Shown in pieces: positions 25,848 to 40,800 of a DNA stretch of 64,000 nucleotides (the stretch's first letter is position 1; every line of letters begins with the position of its first letter). The DNA is from Eledone cirrhosa (Eukaryota). Under the pieces are notes generated by a model. The model worked only from the letters and a program-made list of their open reading frames with translations. It was not told where the DNA came from and made no database searches. The DNA lies in contig OZ024743.1 in assembly GCA_964016885.1 (NCBI GenBank), forward strand, positions 7,254,001 through 7,318,000. Reading direction: 5' to 3'. The position numbers and the translations under genes were made by a program.

Positions 25848-28800
25848 CTGGAATATATAAAAGACAACAATAGATATTTGACATTAATGTTATAAATAGA
25901 AAGGATGCATTTGTAATTTAAAATTAATTCAAAATTGAAACGATTGTAACTATTAATCCAGAAAATCAAAACTTAATAACCAATATTATTGGTTAAGCAT
26001 GAATTAAAAGAGGTGAACTTCAATATCCTATTAAGCTTTTAATTCTGAATGTTATGCAATGCTAACCCTTATCATCATCATCATCACCACATTTAACATC
26101 CATTTTTCCATGCTAGCATGGGTTGGACAAGTTATCCTGTTGTGAGCAATGTCAGGTCAGGTGATCATGTCTTGCTCATACAGAACTAATTTTGGCTTGG
26201 TTTCTACAGCTAAATGCCCTTCCTAACACCAACCTTATTTACAGTGAGTACTGGCTGCTTTTTGTTGTGACACCTACACAACCACTTTACAGTGTGGATT
26301 GGGTGCTTTTTGTTTTTGTTGTGACACCTACACAACCACTTTACAGTGTGGATTGGGAGCTTTTTGTTGTGACACTTACATGACCACTAGTTTTTCTCAA
26401 TTATTATAAAACCCAAAGTATTTTAGGAGAAATCAATGGAATGTTTTAAAGTTTATGTCTCCCTAAAACATCAGCAATATAAATCAAGTAAAGTGGCTTC
26501 AATTTATGGAAAGCTTTGCCATTAAATTGTTATATTTTATGTTGGTGCTCAGATTCTTCTGCTTTATAAATGCTGTGAGACTGGTGAAGCAAACACATCT
26601 CCAGAATTGATCGAGATCAAGTAATCAGTCTTTTCTGATTTTAGTTAAAAATAAATATAAAATTAGAAAAAAACAAAACAATTAAAAGTAAGCATTGATG
26701 GTATCACTACATTTCCAACAAACAGTTGTGTGCATGCACGCATCAGCCCACAGCCTCCTGACTCATGTGCTGATACAGACATGTCGTCCCTTCCCACCAG
26801 ATCATCCTACCAAGGCTTTACTCTTGTTCGACGCAACAGCCACAGGCTAGAAGAGGCCCTGCACCAGATGGCTGGATGTGATTAAGGAAGATCTTCAAAG
26901 GCTGAACATCACCTTGGAAGATGCAGAGGGTTTGGCATGAGACCGCCAGTGATAGAAGGTGCTGGTGAATCCGATCAGTTCTACGCACAATGATACCTTT
27001 GGGATCGTTAACCTAGGGTGACCCCAGCCCCATTGAGCAAGAGCAAAGATGAAGAAGATTACAATATACTAGATAAAAAAATACAAATTTTACCTTGGTA
27101 ATGGCGTACTAATAGTTTTAATTCATTCACTTGGTTTTTCAGATCTTCAATCTGTTTATTTTGGTCTCTGATAATATCCTAATGAAAGAAACACCAGGAA
27201 ATTAGATATATAAACAAATTATATAAATGAAGATTTGAAAATTACAGCTCAGGTTATCTCAGGGATACATATTCCCTAGTATCATTGTAATTAGTGCACA
27301 TCTTATTTGAAATAGATACATAACATTTCCTTTTTATTTATCTTTCTATTGATTTATTGTAGTAGTAAATTAATAAAATAGTTCATGCTATCTAGGCTAT
27401 TTGAAGAAAAACATCTTAATGAATCTGCATGACCAGTTAATGAAATTTGTAAAATAAAAACTTTTTAAAACAATCATGCAAGGAAAACTGGTAAATTTTT
27501 ACATAACTTACTAACAAATGTTGTGTTATCTTCTTGAGTATTAGAAAATAACAAAGAAAAAAAAATTACTAAAATTACAAAAATTTAAATATATGCTAAT
27601 CTACTTACATCTTTTGTAGGGGTTAAACATTGACTCAAGATGTTTTGTGCAGTTAATCGTTCAGCAGGATCTTTCCTTGTCATGTTCTTGATTATTTCAG
27701 CCTTTGAAAGAGAAGTAATTAAGATATGAAATAAATATCTATTGTTGGTAAAATTTCAAGATTTTAAAATTTCCTATTAAAGAGCTGAAATTTGATGCAT
27801 ATTCTAAGAGGAGAAACTAAGAACCACTAAAGTAAAAAACAAAACAAAAACCAATAACAAACTGTCTCAGCCACACTATCTAGATGGAAAGAACACACCC
27901 AGTATATTCTATAGAACCATTGATGATAGGAAAGGTAAACAATCATAAAAGAAACCCATGCCAAAAATAAGCCTCAAAATATCATACTCTGTTGCTGAGC
28001 TTTTCTTGCTGTGGCACCAAAATGACTGGGAGCTGGGATGGGGAAGGTGCATGGGGGTGGGAGAGATAGATCTAGGGGTGGGGAACTTATCAGGTGAAGG
28101 ATGGGGACATGGCTGAAGAGTAGGGTGTTAGGATGGAGGAGTGGAAAGTGGTGCATACTGAATGTATGCTTCAACCTGTGCATATAGGAAGGCGGGTCAT
28201 CTGTATTACTGCATAATTCCAGAGATCTTGATCTTGTGCCATCGTCTTTGAGAGGTGCAATTGTGCAAGCCTACTCCATAGGTACCATGAATTTTGAGTG
28301 CCCTGCACCTTTTATACAGCTGTCATCCTTCATATGCATCACATGTCCATACCAACACAATCTCCTCTCCTGCACACTGCATGTGATCCCTCTTATGTCC
28401 AGTTTCTCTCAGTTGATTTATGCTTTGCCATTCATGTATATTACTATTAGACATTCAATGAAGCATGCTAGCTTCATTTCTTTCCACTTTGCAGCACAGA
28501 GCCCAGGACTTACTATCATACAATATGCCCTGTTCAATTTCCCCTGTTCAAAAAGGGCAACCGCATGTCACCTGTCAACTATCGTCCAGTCAGTCTTACT
28601 AGCTGTATGGCCAAACTGATGGAATCCTGTGTCAGAGAAACACTTTGGAACTTCTGGAGCTCTCACAGCCTCATCCGGCCCTCACAGTTTGGATTTATCC
28701 CTAACTCCAGCTGCTGTGATCAGCTTATCGAGTTCCTTGAGGACATCACCCGGATCACTGACAGCGGCTCATGGGTGGATGTTGTTTACCTTGACTTTGA

Positions 28801-31800
28801 TAAGGCTTTTAATTCTGTGCCACACAAAAGACTTATGGCAAAACTCTCTGCAATGGGTGTGAGGGATGATCTTTTCGACTGGCTGAAATCCTTCATTCTC
28901 AGCCGAAAGGAAGTAGTCACGGTTCTAGGACAGCATTCTTCACCATATGAGATGTCATCTGGTGTACCACAGGGATCTGTTCTTGGTCCTCTTTTGTTTG
29001 TGGCATATATTAATGACATAGATGCCAACTTACAGAATGCCACGGTACTAAAATATGCAGATGACATCAAGCTGTACCTTGAAATCAAAAGGACTGATCC
29101 TGAAATTTACAACTCTTTCCTACAATCAGACCTGGACACAATGCAGCAATGGATCACAGACTGGCAACTGAAGCTGGCTGTGGACAAGTGTACCACCATG
29201 CATTTTGGAAGGAAAAATCCAGCGTCCACATACTCCCTCCACAACACTGACATCAAAAAGTCCTCTTGTGAACGTGACCTGGGCATTACTGTCAGCAATG
29301 ATTTGCGTTGGACAAAGCATGTCTCTAAGATTGTCAAGAAGGCCGAGGGTGTCTTGGCATCACTCAGCAAGACCTTTGTTAGCCGCTCTCCAGCCATCTA
29401 TTTAAAACTGTATACAGCTATGGTGCGACCACACTTGGAATTCGCATCATCAGTCTGGAACCCCTATCTTGCTCGGAACATTGACCTCCTGGAAACTGTT
29501 CAGAGACGTGCAACCAAGCGCATACCCTCCATCAGACACCTACCATACTCTGAACGCCTTGCTTCCCTGGGCATGGATTCATTGAAGCTCCGACGTCTGG
29601 CAATGGACTTGGTGAATACCCACAAAGTTTTTAACCATCTCGCCAACTGCAACACTGAGCGCCTCTTTGATCTTCATGTGTCTAACACACGTGGACATGC
29701 CTACAAGATAAGAAAACAGCACAGCTCCCATGACTTTCGCAGACATTTTTCACGCTCAGAGTTGCTGAAGCATGGAACAAACTGCCTGCGTCAATTGTTA
29801 GCTGCCGAGACACTGCATCCTTTAAGACACTCATGCTTCCCGAAATACGCCAAAACTACACCTGATGTACCCCTTCCATACACATGCACACATGTGTGTA
29901 TCATGACTCGTGCACTGTTCATTTTACTGATGTTTGTGCATTGCCCTATGTACTGTACATGCACTTTTTTGATGAGTTGTGGTGCACCTGGGCACTGTAC
30001 ACAATATTTCATTATTGTTATTGTTATTATATCATGACTCATACACTGTTCATTTTCCTGACATTTGTACATTATTCTATGTACTATACATGCACCTTTG
30101 ATGAGTTGTAGTGCACCTGAGCACTGTACACAATAATTTCATTATTATTATTATGCCCTTCATTTTGAGGGAAAAACCTCAATTGCAAAATAACATTTAA
30201 TGCCTCAAAAGTATAAACCATTACCTTATCAGGAAAGTGGTGTTCTACAAAGTCATCTACTTCAGAAGTTTCTTTTAATTTACGGAACAAAACTGAGCGT
30301 TCAGTCATAGTAGTAAAAGAGTAATATAGTTCGTATATGATAAGACCAAGGCTGTATATATCTGACTGCAATAAAACATTAATACATTATTTAAATATAC
30401 CACAATTAGAAAATAATTCCTTTATAAAAGATTATATTTTATCTATTGATAACAATGATGATCATTTTAAGATATATACTAGTTAATCATTGATGTGCAA
30501 AAAAAAAAAAAAAAAAAAAGAAAGAAAAAAAAAAATTGCTTTTTGTAGATATTCTGGACTTAACCTCATTATTCTAGGTAGTGGATTGGCAGAATCCTGC
30601 CGAGGTTAGCTTTGTCTTTCATCCTTACGGGGTCGATAAAATAAAGCACCAGTAATACACTGGGGTTAATTTGATTGATTTCTCCCTCCCCCAAAATTGC
30701 TAGCCTTGTGCCTAAAGTAGAAACCATTATTCTAGAGGCAGACCCCACAAATGGCCAAATTGGCATTAATTAACTAGTATTTCAGTGGCTACTTTGTTAG
30801 TATCATGAAATCTCTAAATCGATCTAATATAAAGAAACACTATTAATGTAATAATAAACAATGAGTAGGTATTAACAGATAATAAATTGGATGAATAAAA
30901 GTAACGTTTCTATTTTTGACCCTAATCATACAATTTAACCCTTTAGCATTTACATTCCTCTATATTTACTATTATATTTTCATGGTAAACACTTATCTCA
31001 CAGAACAGTGGAAAACTGCCAGTGTCATTCCTCTGTTCAAAAAGGGTGCCTGCACATCATCTGTGAACTATCGTCCAGTCAGTCTTAGTAGTTGCATTAC
31101 CAAACTGATGGAATCCTGTGTCAGAGAAACACTTTGGAAATTCTGGAACTCTCACAGTCTTATCCGGCCCTCGCAATTTGGATTTATCCCCAACTCCAGC
31201 TGCTGTGATCAACTTATCGAGTTTCTTGAGGACATCATCCGGATCACTGATGGCGGCTCATGGGTGGATGTTGTTTACCTTGACTTTGCGAAGGCCTTCA
31301 ATTCTGTGCCACACAAAAGGCTTATGGCAAAACTCTCTGCAATGGGTGTGAAGGATGATCTTTTTAACTGGTTGAAGTCCTTCATTCTCAGTCGAAGAGA
31401 GGTAGTCACGGTTCTGGGACAGCATTCCCCACCGTATGAGATGTCATCTAGTGTACCACAGGGATCTGTTCTTGACCCCCTTTTGTTTGTGGCATATATT
31501 AATGACATAGATGCCAACTTAAGGAATGCGGCAGTACTAAAGTACGCAGATGACATCAAGCTGTACCTTGAGATAAAAAGGACAGATCCTGAACACTATA
31601 GATCTTGCTTGCAGTCTGACATGGACACAATGCAACAATGGATCTCAGGCTGGCAACTCAAGCTAGCTGTGGACAAGTGCACCACCATGCATTTTGGGAG
31701 TAAAAACCCAGCATCCACATATTCCCTCCACAGCACTAATATCAAGAAGTCTTCTTGTGAACGTGACCTGGGCATTACGGTCAGCAGCGATTTGCGTTGG

Positions 31801-34800
31801 ACGAAGCACGTCTCTAAAATTGTCAAGAGGACCGAGGTTTCTTAGCATCACCCAGCAAGACCTTTGTCAGCCGCTCTCCAGCTATCTATTTAAGGCTGTA
31901 CATGGCTATGGTGCGGCCACACTTAGAATTTGCATCACGAGTCTGGAACCGCTATCTTGCTCAGAACATTGACCGCCTGGAAACTGTTCAGAGATGTGCA
32001 ACCAAGCGAATACCCTCCATCAGGCATCTACCATACTCTGAGCGCCTTGCTTCCCTGGGCATGGATACATTGAAGCTCCGACGTCTGCAACTGACTTGGT
32101 AAACACCCACAAAGTTGTTAACCATCTTGCCAACAACAACCCTGGGTACCTTTTTGATTTACATATGTCTAACACATGTGGGCATGCCCACAAAGTCAGA
32201 AAAAAAGCGCACAGTTCCCATGACTTTCGGAAACATTTTTTCACGCTCAAGAGTTGCTGAAGCATGGAACAAACTACCTGCATCGGTTGTTAGCTGTCGA
32301 GACACTGCATCCTTTAAAACCTCCATGGAACAAACTACCTGCATCGGTTGTTAGCTGTCGAGACACTGCATCCTTTAAAACCTCCATGGAACAAACTACC
32401 TGCATCGGTTGTTAGCTGTCGAGACACTGCATCCTTTAAAACCTCCATGCTTCCTGAGATTCGCCAACACTACACCTAATATTCCCCCTCCATATACATA
32501 CACACATGTATATCATGACTCATACACTATTCACTTCCCTGACATTTGTATATTATTCTATGTACTATACATGCACCTTTGACGAGTTGTAGTGCACCTG
32601 AGCACTTTACTCAATAATTTCATTATTATTATAATATCAAATCTATGAGATTTTGATATTATTTATTTTGAGAACAATACCTTAACGTAAGTATAGGCAG
32701 CTGGTTATGTCCTTTTTGAATAGAAAGAGGAGGGAGAATTCTGGCCGGATACAGCTGGTTTAAATGCTAAAGGGTTAACCCCTTGATAAATTGAATAAAT
32801 TATTTTTGGTTGCAAATGATTGATTAAATCATTATATTTACTCTATTTATAAAAGAAAACGAATAAAAAACTTTATTAATGCATTTACCTTTGTGTTATA
32901 TTGTGAAGAATGTAGTTGTTCAGGTGCAGAATAAGTTAATGTACCAACTCCAACAGACAGAAGAAGATTTTCTGAAATATATTAAAAGGAACAAATGAAA
33001 TAGTGACTTCTTACATAGGCATGATTCATTAAATTTATAAGAGGAAGTTGGTAAGTTATCATTCATAAAGGCATTCATGATATAACTAGTTCCAAATAAG
33101 AATTGCAATATGTGTAGAAATGTGGTTGTAAAGAGCTTCTTGCATAATAGCACTATACAAATAGTAAGAAAATAATAATAATCCTGTTAGAGCAAAAGAA
33201 TGTTGCAGTTCATGCTCAGAGTTGCTGAAGCATGAAAAAAAACTACCTGCATCTGTTATTAGCTGTCGAGACACTGCATCCTTTAAAACCTCCATGCTTC
33301 CTGAGATTCGCCAATACTACACCTGATGTCTCCCCTCCATACACACGCACACATGTATTTCATGACTCGTACACTGTTCATTTTCCTGACAGTTGTATAT
33401 TATTCTATGTACTATACATGCACCTTTGATGAGTTGTAGTGCACCTGAGCACTGTACACAATAATTTCATTATTATTATTAAAAGCAAAATAATTAAACA
33501 CTCTATTTAATAGAAATGCTGCTACTTCAAAATTGCAAATCTTATTTTACATACAAAAGGTATCTATGACAGAGCTTTGTTGGTTTTGACAATGAGTGTT
33601 CCAGTTTTTCGATCAATGAAACAACACAATTCATGGAATTAACATGTAAATGGCTGAGTATTCCAGAGACATATGTACTCTTATTATAATTATCAGGGAG
33701 ATTCCGCATGACACTGTGTGTGACAAGCCTGGCCCTTTGAATTACAGGTATAGTTCATCATCTGAAGGACTTCCAAACAGTTTCCACTGACCCAGTTATA
33801 CTCACAAGATTTAGGTCAACCCAAAGTTATAGTAAATGATACTTGCTCAAGATGCCACTGTGGGATTAAACCTGGGACCTAATGAGTGCGAAGCAAGCTT
33901 CTTAACCATTGAGCTATGCTGCATTCACACAAAATAATTATATGATGAAGAAAAGACAAGATTGATTGGTGAAAAATATCCTATTTTTTTAGCAAGTATG
34001 GGAGATAACTTTGGATATGCGAATAGACGTCATTGTTACTTGTTAAATTACCGTATAATACTTATAAGTTGAGGCAGCTAATCAACAGTCAGAAAACAGT
34101 ACAGCTCCCATGACTTTTGGAAACATTTTTTCACACTCAGAGTTGCTGAAGCATGGAACAAACTACCTTCAAAACTTCCATGCTTGCTGAAATTCGCCAA
34201 CACTACACTTGATATTCTGCCTCCATACACACACACGTGTGTGTCTGTGTATATCATGACTCATACACTGTTCACTTTCCTGACATTTGTACATTATTCT
34301 ATGTACTTTACATGCACCTTTGATGAGTTGTAGTGCACCTGAGCACTGTACATAATAATTTTCATTATATATATATACTGACTCCACCTCAATTTGTTTC
34401 CTTGCAACTTCCATAATATTGCATATTTTACAGGTGTATTTTCTGTGTGTGCATTATGAGTATCATGATAAAAGTTAAAAAAATATTGTCATTTTCACTC
34501 ATGGTCATAACTGGAAGTACCCGCATGTATCATGCCAGATATTTTGGTACTTTTTTTATTTAGATGGTGAAGTTAGTGAAAATTGGCGAAATATTGATCT
34601 TGAATATAAGCCAACCACCCATTTCACCAATGATATTTTTGCCACACATTTCTCAGCTTATACACGAGTATATATAGTAATGGTGGCAGAACCATAAAAT
34701 AAATGTACAAGATTGTATGCTGCTTGTCTAAGAAAAATACAATTGTTTAAAGAACAACTTTTTAAGAGATGCCACCTGTATTGGAGCTGTTACATAGCTG

Positions 34801-37800
34801 CTTGGCCTACTAGAAAAAGCAGCCAAATCTCTCTCAAAACACACCTCAGTATCTTAAATATGGAAAGGATGTATTAGATAATTTGTACTAGATAGTATGG
34901 TCACAGCTGCAATACCTTTGATCATGTCTGATCAATCAAGGTAAACGTCAATAGTTAAGTTAGTGGTAAAGATATTTTATGAAAAGATCCTTAACTCATC
35001 CCCATTACCTTACACCTGGTTTTTTCATGCTGGCATGGGTTGGACAGAATGTTTTGAGGCAGGATTCTATGACTAGATGCTCTTCTTGTGGTTTTTAAGG
35101 ATCAATACTTTTCCTATCATTAACTAATGAACATGAAATGAAATCTTTCGATAGTGAAGTAGACTAAAGAAATAAGAGCATTTTCTCGACCAGGGTTTCC
35201 CAAACCTTTTCAAACGTGGAACCCTTTTTGGTTCAGAAACTTTTGGGGGAACCCCAAAGTCTAATAATTGTTTCTATTTTTGGCACAAGGCCAGCAATTA
35301 CCCAGTGTATTACTGGTACTTTATTTTATCAACCTCGTAAGGATGAAAGGCAAAGTTAACCTCGGCGGGATTTGAACTCAGATCGTAAAGGGACGTAACT
35401 ACGCTGGAAAGCATGTCTGACTCTCTACCAATACTGCCAATTCACCGTGGTCGTAATATGAATATACTCCTGTACCTTTTTCACAGAACCCCAGATACTC
35501 CTTTGCAAAGGATTCGGTAAAACTCACTTTGGGAACCACAAAATTTGAATAGCTGGTGTCCCAACACCTTTACAGTTGCTGTGCTTTATTTATATTATAT
35601 TATAACACTTCATAGTATCTTATGTATATTTGTAAGAAACAGCAATTGACATATTTGATTATATTTGACTCCCCTTATTCAGTTAGTATCCAAGAAATTA
35701 TAAAGAAAAGAATTTACCTTCAGCTGTATCTGAACCAGACGAGTAACTTCTTTTAGCCAAGCCAAAATCTCCTATCTTAACTAAGAAGTTGTCTAGTAAG
35801 AAAATATTAGCAGGCTGTAAATAGAAATAGTCCAAATCTTAAAGATTCTATAATAGAATATTCCTTTTTGTTATATATTTGGTAATACAAATATTGAAAT
35901 AATAGAGCAAATATTCTTTTATTTAACAATAGCGGCTGAAAACTTGAAAAACGTGTTAGTCTTCTTCTAAAGATTCATTAGGAATATTCTAGTTCAGTTG
36001 GTAAAGAAGACATTAGTGACTTCTTGTAGTGAAATCCCGTAACACCAGTCTTGCATCTTACCTAAATTAAACAAATTCCTGCTTAAAGATCAAGTGCAGC
36101 AGGAGGTCTCTGTCAGTTAGAAAACTGACAAGACAGCTGTCAGTCACTTAGTTTCCTCAATGATATGCTATGATCAAGTATCATGAACAACTGGCTTCGA
36201 CCAGCGAGACAGAACACCTGTAAACCTATATCTCTTAACCTCTCTAATCTTTGGCTCACATCATCATCATCGTTTTAACGTCTGCTTTCTCTGCTAGCAT
36301 GGGCTGGATGGGTCTACATAGACTAAATCAGTACTGAAGCTGGGTTACTGATCTCCCAGACAGGCCAGGGATCTGCATTTGACTTATGTTCAGTCTCACA
36401 TTCTACCTAGTGCATAGGAGAGGTCATGTCTCTGACACAAATGAAGGGTCTTCACATCCCTTTGTTTCATAAGGTTTTATGACTGGATGCCCTTCCTATC
36501 ACTAGTCACTTCGCTGTATGTACTAGGTGCATTTATTGTGTAGATCATCAACACTAGGGAGGCTGTCATACCCTTGACATGACTGAAGGGTCTTCCTAAC
36601 CCTTTGTTTGGCAGGTTTTCTACAGTAAGATGCCCTTCCTCTCACCAATCAGGGTGTGTTTATCATATAGATCACCAACACTAGAGAGGTTGCCAGACTG
36701 ACACAACTGAAGAGTCCTCTTGACTTGCCTTTCTCTCTCTTTCTCATGGAGATGAAAACAGTCAGCGATGGAAATGGGAGGTGTAGTGATGGAGAGAATA
36801 GCCAAGGAGTGATAGTGGAGGGGGAATGGGTGGGATGCAGGGAGAAGTTATTAGGGTGCGATAGTGAGGGTATCTAAGGAAGGGGGGAAGACAGTAGCTA
36901 AGGGATGAATACAGGAGGGGGCATGTAGTGATAGTGAGGATAGCTGCTAGGAGAGTACTAGTGGAGGAGGCATGGATGGGGTGCATAAGAGTGAGGAAGG
37001 TTGCTACTAGAGTACGAGAGTGAGGGTGTCTAGAGGCTTTTGAGGGGAGGGTGTGGTGGGGTCTAGTGATGCTGAGAATAGCTGTTAGAGAGTGCTAGTG
37101 GAAGAGGGGTATGGGGATAAATCAGGCCATACTATATGGTGTAGGCCAGGTCTTCTTCACATAGCATAGCGCCAGCCCTCACAATCTTTAGTCATTTCTG
37201 TTGTGAGGTTTAGTTTTTTTCACATCCTCATCCAATGTCTTCCTTGGGTCCCAGCCACTGGGGTTTCACTGCATTCCTTTATGCAGCTGTTATCTTCCAT
37301 GTGCATCACATGGCCATACCAATGCAGTCTTCTCTCTAGCACACTACATCCAGTTCCTCTTATGCCATGCCACTAATCCACACTAACATCATATATCCAT
37401 TGGCAAAGTTAATCCCACCGCGGTTAGCTTTACCTTTCATCCTTACGGGGTCGATAAAATAAAGTACCAGTAATGTACTGGGTAATTGCTGGCCTTGTGC
37501 CAAAAATAGAAACAATTATATATCCATCGGAACATATTCAGCTCATTTCTTTCTAGCCTCTTGCCAGTCTTCTGCAATCAAGATCAATGTTTCACTGCTG
37601 TGCAGCATTGCAGTTTGCACACTTGTATCATACAGTCTATCCTTCACTCTGAGAGAAAAGCACTTTGTTGTCAGTAGCAGTAACAAATCTCTAAACTTCT
37701 TCCAGTCTGTTCTTATCCCAGCTATCACACTTTTGGCACATCCTGCCCCACTGCTGACTTTGCTTAGGTAGCAAAAGCTGTCAATAACTTCTAAGGAGAC

Positions 37801-40800
37801 CCCCCTGGCAACTGAAGAAATCTATTACCCATGCTAGCGTAGAAAAATGGGCATAAAACGGTGATGATGATGCTCTTTGTGCTCACTTCTCTTCTTTATC
37901 TGCCATATAAAGTCTCTCTTTTCCGTTAGCCTACCTGGAATCTCCTACTTCATCTCTTGTGCATCCATAAATTTCATTGTGTGCACCTTATGGAATCTCT
38001 GCCCCATTTTGACATATTGAACAAGGCCACTTTCCTGATGATATCAAACTCCTGTCTTCTTTCCTACTTAATAAGACTTTTCTTTTTGCTAAGTTTACTT
38101 TTAGGCCTCAGTCTAAATAAATAAATTAAAAGAAAAAACCAAGATGAAAAGATAATGTAATATATTTTACCTTTATATCCCTGTGAATAATACCTTTGGA
38201 ATGTATAAATTCTAAACCTTCCACAGCTCCTTTGAGGATGTTCAGATTTGTCATGACATCAATACCTGAAAAAGTGAAATGGAAAAAGAAAATTTCTGTG
38301 AATAACAATTATGTAAAATAAACTATTCTGTCTTAACACTATTTCTTAAATGGAAATTCTGTCACAATTAATCACCAACATTTTCCTGGGGATACACTAC
38401 TGACGTGAGGTGCTTTTGGACTGCTTAAATTGGTTTATCTTCATGGTGTTATAATGTAACCTTCATGATTTGCATTATAAATATATATACTGGGTTGAGT
38501 ATATATATCATCAGCATTCACAGCGAACTCTCTCTATTTTCGATGCTAATCGACCTTGAGGGTCGTTGGCGCAACCTGGCAAACGAGCGGCGAGCGAGCG
38601 AGCGAGCGAAATCGTCGTAAAAGTTGGCGCGCGGAATGTGGTTGGTGGTTTTCAGTAGCAGCGGTGGAAGATCATATATATATATATATATCATCATCAC
38701 CGTTTTATGTCCGTTCTTCCACGCTAGCATGGGTTAGACGGGTTGTCCTGTTGTGGGCAGTGTCTGGTCGGCTGACCAAGCCTTGCTCATACAGGAACTG
38801 ATTTGGCTTGATTTCTACAGCTGGATGCCCTTCCTAACACCAACCTCATTTACAGTGAGTGCTGGGTGCTTTTTCGTGGCGCCTACACGTCCACTTTACA
38901 GTGTGGGCTGGGTGCTTTTTTGCCATGGCACCTCCACGACCACCTTGCAGTGGAAGGGTGTGAGGGCATATTGTCTATATGCTTCAGCTTGTATCCATGG
39001 GAGGTCGGGTACTCTGTATTACTGCATGATGCCAGAAGTCACGGTCGTGTGTCATCGCCTTTGAGAGGTGTATATATATATATTGGTTTGGCTTTGCCTT
39101 ATCATGGAGAAGCACAACATTTCTCCTGTTGATGAGTGCAGAGCGTTTTCATATATTTATATATCATCATCATCATCATCATCGTTTAACGTCCATCTTC
39201 CATGCTTGCATGGGTAACACGGAGAACATCGTGGTGGTCCATAGGTGTGCTAGAAATAGAAGCTAAACAACAGTAACCTTATGGTGATCCATAGGTGAGC
39301 TAGGAATAGCAGCTACATTTTTTCACGCTCAGAGTTGCTGAAGCATGGAACAAACTACCTGCATCAGTTGTTAGCTGTCGAGACACTGCATCCTTTAAGG
39401 CCTCCATGCTTCCCGAGATCCGCCAACACTACAGCTAACACATACACACATGTACTTCCCTGGCATTTGTGTATTATTCTATGTACTATATTGACGAGTT
39501 GTAGTGCACCTGAGCACTTTACACAATAATTTCATTATTATTATTATATAGGGGAAAACTTGATGGTAGTCCATAGGTGTGTTGGAAATGGCAGTTAAAC
39601 AGGGGCAACCTCATGGTGGTCCATAGGCGTGCTAGAAATAGCAGCTACATCAGCTAAACAAGGGAACCTCATGGTGGTCTGTAGGTGTGCTAGAAATAGT
39701 AGCTAAATAAGAGGTACTTTAGGGTGGTCCCTAGGTGTGAAATAACAGTTAAATAGGGTGAATCTCGTATTGGCCCATTAGCATGCTAGAAATAGCAGCT
39801 AAATAGCGGGAAATCTCATGGTGGTCCAGAAATAGCAGCTACATCAACTAAATAGGGGGAACATCATGGTGGTTCATATGTATTCCAGAAATAGCAGCTG
39901 AACAGGAGGAACCTCATGGTCGTCCATAGGTGCGCTAAAAATAGCAGCTAAATAGGGAAACCTCATGGTGGTCCATAAGTGTGCTAGATATATCAGCTAA
40001 ACACTAGGAACTCATTGTGGTCCATAGGTGTGCTAGAAATGGCAGCTACATCAGCTAAACAGGGGGAACCTCTTCGTGGTCTATAGGTGTGTTAGAAATA
40101 GCAACTAAATACGGGTTACTTCATGGTTGTCTATAGAAGAGCTAGAAATAGCAGCTAAATAGGAGGTACATCATGGTGGTCCCTATGAGTGCTGGAAATA
40201 GCAGCTAAATAGGGGGAATCTCATATTGGGCCATAGGCGTGTTAGAAATAGCAGCTACATCAGCTAAACAGGGGAAACATAATGGTGGTCCATAGGTGTG
40301 CTAGAAATAGCTGCTAAATAAGGGAAACCTCATGGTGGTCCATATGTGTGCTAAAAATAACAGCTAAATAGAGGGAACCTTATGGTGGTCTGTAGGTATG
40401 CTAGAAATTGCAGCTAAATACAGGGAACTTCATTGTGGTCTATAGGTGTGCTAAAAATAGCAGCTACATCAGTTAAACTGGGGGAATCTCATAGTGGTCC
40501 ATAGGTGTGTTAGAAATAGCAGCTAAATATGAGGAACCTCATGGTGGCCCATAGGTGTGCTAGAAATAGCAGCTGAACAAGGGGAACCTCATGGTCGTCC
40601 ATAGGTGTGCTAAAAATAGCAGCTATTTAGGGGAAACCTCATGGTGGTCCATAAGTGTGCTAGATATATCAGCTAAACACTAGGAACTCATTGTGGTCCT
40701 TAGGTGTGCTAGAACTAGCAGCTACATCAGCTAAACAGGGAGTTTCTTATGGTGGTTCATAGGTGTCTAGAAAAAGCAGCTAAGCTTCCCGAAATACGCC

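Noticed and set aside
28565-30037. 490-aa RT ORF as a host gene, retron or domesticated RT
   Set aside because: It is a 5'-truncated CR1 copy with several near-identical siblings; its C-terminus is frameshifted read-through into the 3'UTR.
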